Shown piece by piece: positions 60,059-63,804 of a stretch of 63,804 nt of DNA. Source of the stretch: Alphaproteobacteria bacterium (GTDB taxonomy: Bacteria > Pseudomonadota > Alphaproteobacteria > SMXQ01); contig JAWWBR010000005.1 of NCBI GenBank assembly GCA_033720855.1, positions 1 through 63,804 on the forward strand, written 5' to 3'. Position 1 is the first letter of the stretch. Each line of letters opens with the position of its first letter. The translations under genes were made by a program, and so were the position numbers. Below the pieces are notes generated by a model. The model searched no databases. It was not told the origin of the DNA and saw only the letters and a program-made list of their open reading frames with translations.

Positions 60059-60111
60059 CTCTTACGTCCTTACCTTAGATTTTCATCCTATAGGATTGAA
60101 TTCAGGCGATT

Positions 60112-61020
60112 TTATGAGTCTTTCTTCTCGGCCTTGTCGGCCCCGCCGGTCGCCTCTTCGGGGGCCGCCCCGGCGCCCTCTTCCGCTACCGCCCCCGGGG
60201 CCGCTGCGGCTGCCGCCCCGGCGCTCTCCGCGGCCGCGGGCGCCTTGGCTTCGGCCTCGCCTTCGGCCAGCACCAGCTCCTCGGCCGGCGCCTCTTCACC
60301 GGCGCCGAGGTCGACGCCGCGGGCGCTCATCTCCTCCTGGATACCATCGAGCACCGCGTCGGCGACGAGGTCGCAATAGAGGTTGATGGCGCGGATCGCG
60401 TCGTCATTGCCCGGGATCGGATAATCGATGCCTTCGGGATCGGAGTTGCTGTCGATCACCGCCGCCACCGGAATGCCGAGCTTGCGCGCCTCTGCGACGG
60501 CGATGTCTTCCTTGTTGGTATCGACGACGAACAGGATGTTGGGCAGCGCCCCCATCTCCTTGATGCCACCCAATGCCCGATCGAGCTTGTCCTTCTCGCG
60601 GGTCAACTGCAGCAATTCCTTCTTGGTCAGGCCCGTGGTCTCCTCGCTCGCGAGCTGTTCCTCGAGCTCCTTGAGGCGGCGCACCGAAGCCGTCACCGTG
60701 TTCCAGTTGGTCATCATGCCGCCGAGCCAGCGGTGATTGACGTAGTACTGGCCGCAGCGCTGGCCGGCTTCGGCGATCTTCTCGGCGGCCTGATGCTTGG
60801 TGCCGACGAAGAGCACGCGCCCGCCGCCGGCGACGATGTCGCGGATCGCCGAGAGCGCGGCGTAGAGCATCGGCACCGTCTGCTGCAGATCGATGATATG
60901 CACGCCGTTGCGCTCGCCGAAAATGTAGGGCCCCATCTTGGGGTTCCAGCGCCCCGTCCGGTGGCCGAAATGAACGCCCGCTTCCAGCAGCTGGCGCATG
61001 GTGAAGGTGGGTATCGCCAT
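60112..61020 (-). CDS. rpsB: 30S ribosomal protein S2 (Ala/Glu-rich C-terminal tail)
   Basis: [26 protein letters not shown]. Confidence 0.98.
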   Translation of the reverse strand: MAIPTFTMRQLLEAGVHFGHRTGRWNPKMGPYIFGERNGVHIIDLQQTVPMLYAALSAIRDIVAGGGRVLFVGTKHQAAEKIAEAGQRCGQYYVNHRWLGGMMTNWNTVTASVRRLKELEEQLASEETTGLTKKELLQLTREKDKLDRALGGIKEMGALPNILFVVDTNKEDIAVAEARKLGIPVAAVIDSNSDPEGIDYPIPGNDDAIRAINLYCDLVADAVLDGIQEEMSARGVDLGAGEEAPAEELVLAEGEAEAKAPAAAESAGAAAAAAPGAVAEEGAGAAPEEATGGADKAEKKDS

Positions 61021-61030
61021 GGGTCTTCTC

Positions 61031-61108
61031 CGGTTATGCCTCCGCGGGAGCTGGCCCGGCAAGCCGGACACCGGATCGACGGCGCAAGCCGCCTCATTCC
61101 CGCGTGCG
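61031..61108 (-). ncRNA. rpsB 5' leader (S2 autoregulatory / t44-like cis element)
   Basis: Minus strand CACGCGGGA...TCCCGCG-GAGGCATAACC: enclosing stem plus the GGAGGCATAACC tail typical of proteobacterial rpsB leaders; internal hairpin CCGGC-TT-GCCGG. Confidence 0.65.
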
Positions 61109-61124
61109 AGATAAATTCGGCGCT

Positions 61125-61153
61125 TGAATACCGCCCAGGGGCCGGGAATGCAA
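61125..61153 (-). promoter_or_regulatory. Putative rpsB promoter
   Basis: TTGCAT-N17-TATTCA just upstream of the leader. Confidence 0.55.
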
Positions 61154-61196
61154 GGATTATCGCGGCGAAGTTAAGGGCTTTTCGGCCCCTGAGGCG

Positions 61197-63804
61197 TCAG
61201 ATTTCGCGCACCTCGGTGATGCCCGGCACCGCCTTGAGATCCATCAGCGCCGCGGGCGAGAGCCCATAGCGCCCGGGCAGGGCGATCTCCACCTCGCGGC
61301 CGCCGTCCAAGCCCAGGACCAGGCTGACCTCGCCCTTGCCGCCCGCGGCCTCGGCCATGATCTCCCGGAGCCGCGCGAGCGCCTCGCTCCCACCCAGGCT
61401 GACCTTGACACCCGGCGCCGCCCGGGCGACGGCGGCATCCAGCGGCTCGATCGCCTGCGCGGTCAAACGGATGCCCTCGCCCTCGCGCCGGGCATCAGCG
61501 CTCACCAGGACGTTGGAGCCCGCTTCCAAAAGCTCCCGGGCGCGGCCAAGGACCTCCGAGAACACGGTGACCTCGTACATGCCCGACGGGTCCGACATCT
61601 GCACGAAGGCGAACCGGCTGCCCCGGGCCGAGGTCCGCTCCTTCTTGGAGATCACCGTGCCCGCCAGCTTGATGCGCACCTCGTCGCCGCCGCCGACGCG
61701 GGCGGGCAAGGTCGCGGCCGCCATCACGTGGAGCCGCTCGAGGCGGCTGCCATAGGCATCCAGGGGATGGGCCGAGAGGTAGAAGCCGATGGCCTCGAAC
61801 TCATGGCGCAGCTGCTCCATGACCGGCCAGGGTGCGGCCTCGGGCAGTGGCCGGCCGGTTTCCCCGCCGCCGTCGCCGCCGAATAGGCTGCCCTGGCCGC
61901 TGGCCCGTTCCTGGGCGGCGGCCTGGGCGCGATGGGTGAGCTCGCCGACGGCAGCCATCACCTGGGCGCGGTTGCCGTTGAGTCGATCGAAGGCGCCGGC
62001 CGCCGCCAGGTTTTCCATCTGCCGCTTGTTGACGACCTTCTGCCCGCAGCGTTCGGCGAAGTCGAACAGGCCGGTGAAGGGCCCGCCCGACTCGCGCGCG
62101 GCGACCAGGCTTTCCATCGCCGCCGCCCCCACCCCCTTGATGGCGGCAAGGGCATAGCGGATGGCGCGACCGTCGTCGGTGGGCTCGACCGAAAAGCGGG
62201 CGTCGGAGGCATTGACGCAAGGCGGCAGCAAGGCGATGCCGAGACGGTCGAGCTCCTGGCGGAAGACGTTGAGCTTGTCGGTATTGCCCATGTCCAGAGT
62301 CATCGAGGCGGCAAGGAACTCGACCGGGTAATTGGCCTTGAACCACGCCGTCTGGTAGGCGATCAGGGCGTAGGCCGCGGCGTGGGACTTGTTGAATCCG
62401 TAGCCGGCGAACTTGTCGACCTGCTCGAAGATGTGCCGCGCGGTGCCTTCCTCGACGCCGCGGGCGACGGCGCCGTCGATGAAGGTCTGGCGCTGCTCGT
62501 CCATCTCCGACTTGATCTTCTTGCCCATGGCGCGGCGCAGGATGTCGGCGCCGCCGAGCGAATAGCCGGACAGCTCCTGGGCGATCTGCATCACCTGTTC
62601 CTGGTAGATCATGACGCCGAAGGTCTCGGTGAGGATGCCCTCGAGCGACGGGTGCAGGTAGTCGGGGGTCTCACGGCCGTGCTTGCAGGCGATATAGCGC
62701 GGGATGTTGTCCATGGGGCCCGGGCGGTAGAGCGCCACCAGGGCGATGATGTCCTCGAAACAGTCGGGCTTGAGGTTCCTCAGCACGTCGCGCATGCCCG
62801 AGCTTTCCAGCTGGAACACCCCGGTGGTCTCGCCCTTGGCCATCATCTCGTAGGTCGGCCCGTCGTCGAGCGGCAGGGTCTCGAGGGCGATGGCCGGGGC
62901 GCCCTCCTCGGCGCGCCGGCGGTTGACCAGCTCGAGCGCTTCCGCCAGCACCGTCAGCGTCTTGAGGCCGAGGAAATCGAACTTCACCAGCCCCGCGAGC
63001 TCGACGTATTTCATCGAGAACTGGGTGACCGGCATGTCGGAGCGCGGGTCACGGTAAAGCGGCACCAGCTCGGCCAGCGGCCGGTCGGCGATGACGACGC
63101 CGGCGGCATGGGTCGAGGCATGGCGGTAGAGCCCCTCGAGCTTGAGGGCGATGTCCATCAGCTTGGCCACGGTCTCGTCTTCGGCGCGCATGGCCTGCAG
63201 CAAAGGCTCGCCCTCGATGGCCTTGGCCAGGGTCACCGGGTTGGCCGGATTGTTGGGCACCAGCTTGCAGATGCGGTCGACCTGGCCGTAGGGCATGCCC
63301 AGCACGCGGCCGACGTCGCGCAGCACGGCGCGGGCCTGCAGCTTGCCGAAGGTGATGATCTGGGCGACCCGGTCGGCGCCGTATTTGTCCTGCACGTAGG
63401 CGATCACCTCGTCGCGCCGGTCCTGACAGAAATCGATGTCGAAATCGGGCATCGAGATGCGATCGGGATTGAGGAACCGTTCGAACAGCAGGCTGAAGCG
63501 CAAGGGGTCGAGATCGGTGATGGTCAGCGCCCAGGCCACCACCGAGCCGGCGCCGGAGCCGCGCCCGGGGCCGACGGGGATGCCTTGGGCCTTGGCCCAG
63601 CGGATGAAGTCGGCAACGATCAGGAAGTAGCCGGGGAAGCCCATCTTCCCGATGACGCCCAGCTCGAAGGCGAGGCGCTCGCGATAGGGCTTGGCCGCCG
63701 CCGCCCGCGCCGCCTCGTCCATGTCCGCGTCGAACACCTGGGCCGCGAGCCGCGCCTCCAGCCCGGCCTCGGCCTGGGCGCGCAGTTCCTCGGCCTCCGA
63801 GCCC
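61197..63804 (-). CDS. dnaE: DNA polymerase III alpha subunit (5' part outside the window)
   Basis: GPGRGSGAGS, ERFLNPDR.SMPDFDIDF, STHAAG, KFDFLGL, GVFQLES, YGFNKSH; frame is open to the window edge. Confidence 0.97.
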   Translation of the reverse strand, partial: GSEAEELRAQAEAGLEARLAAQVFDADMDEAARAAAAKPYRERLAFELGVIGKMGFPGYFLIVADFIRWAKAQGIPVGPGRGSGAGSVVAWALTITDLDPLRFSLLFERFLNPDRISMPDFDIDFCQDRRDEVIAYVQDKYGADRVAQIITFGKLQARAVLRDVGRVLGMPYGQVDRICKLVPNNPANPVTLAKAIEGEPLLQAMRAEDETVAKLMDIALKLEGLYRHASTHAAGVVIADRPLAELVPLYRDPRSDMPVTQFSMKYVELAGLVKFDFLGLKTLTVLAEALELVNRRRAEEGAPAIALETLPLDDGPTYEMMAKGETTGVFQLESSGMRDVLRNLKPDCFEDIIALVALYRPGPMDNIPRYIACKHGRETPDYLHPSLEGILTETFGVMIYQEQVMQIAQELSGYSLGGADILRRAMGKKIKSEMDEQRQTFIDGAVARGVEEGTARHIFEQVDKFAGYGFNKSHAAAYALIAYQTAWFKANYPVEFLAASMTLDMGNTDKLNVFRQELDRLGIALLPPCVNASDARFSVEPTDDGRAIRYALAAIKGVGAAAMESLVAARESGGPFTGLFDFAERCGQKVVNKRQMENLAAAGAFDRLNGNRAQVMAAVGELTHRAQAAAQERASGQGSLFGGDGGGETGRPLPEAAPWPVMEQLRHEFEAIGFYLSAHPLDAYGSRLERLHVMAAATLPARVGGGDEVRIKLAGTVISKKERTSARGSRFAFVQMSDPSGMYEVTVFSEVLGRARELLEAGSNVLVSADARREGEGIRLTAQAIEPLDAAVARAAPGVKVSLGGSEALARLREIMAEAAGGKGEVSLVLGLDGGREVEIALPGRYGLSPAALMDLKAVPGITEVREI

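Noticed and set aside
61197-63804. Intein or frameshift in dnaE
   Set aside because: The visible part is collinear with ordinary DnaE motifs, with no insertion

Overview
Very GC-rich alphaproteobacterial (Rhodospirillales-like gene order) core chromosome with about 58 protein-coding genes. I found no tRNA, rRNA, CRISPR array, transposase or phage genes. Left to right: a CIRCE-controlled tandem groES-groES pair (minus strand, running off the left edge); hflX-hfq-HAD-dat-trkA-ntrX-ntrY-ntrC-ntrB-dusB; a CcsA/YpjD-like protein and a 17-kDa lipoprotein; ispDF-pgpA-cinA; a degenerate CPBP membrane protein and frmA; ratA-lipA-lpdA-pdhCBA; ftsB-eno-kdsA-pyrG-secG-tpiA; ppiD-trpE-[BON protein]-trpGDC-moaC-moeA-lexA; comEC; gltX-gltA; the lpxB-lpxI-lpxA-fabZ-lpxD-skp-bamA-rseP-dxr-cdsA-uppS-frr-pyrH-tsf-rpsB block; and a partial dnaE. 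The most unusual item is the duplicated groES. The two copies match at 76 of 91 residues, and the first carries a C-terminal linker ending in His-x-His...Cys-Cys, reminiscent of the metal-binding tail of Helicobacter HspA. Secondary oddities are a CPBP/Abi protein that has lost its catalytic motifs next to frmA, a 38-bp nested AT-rich palindrome between convergent genes, and a non-lipidated double-BON protein splitting the trp genes. Most of the window is ordinary housekeeping DNA. All calls come from reading the sequence, with no database searches.
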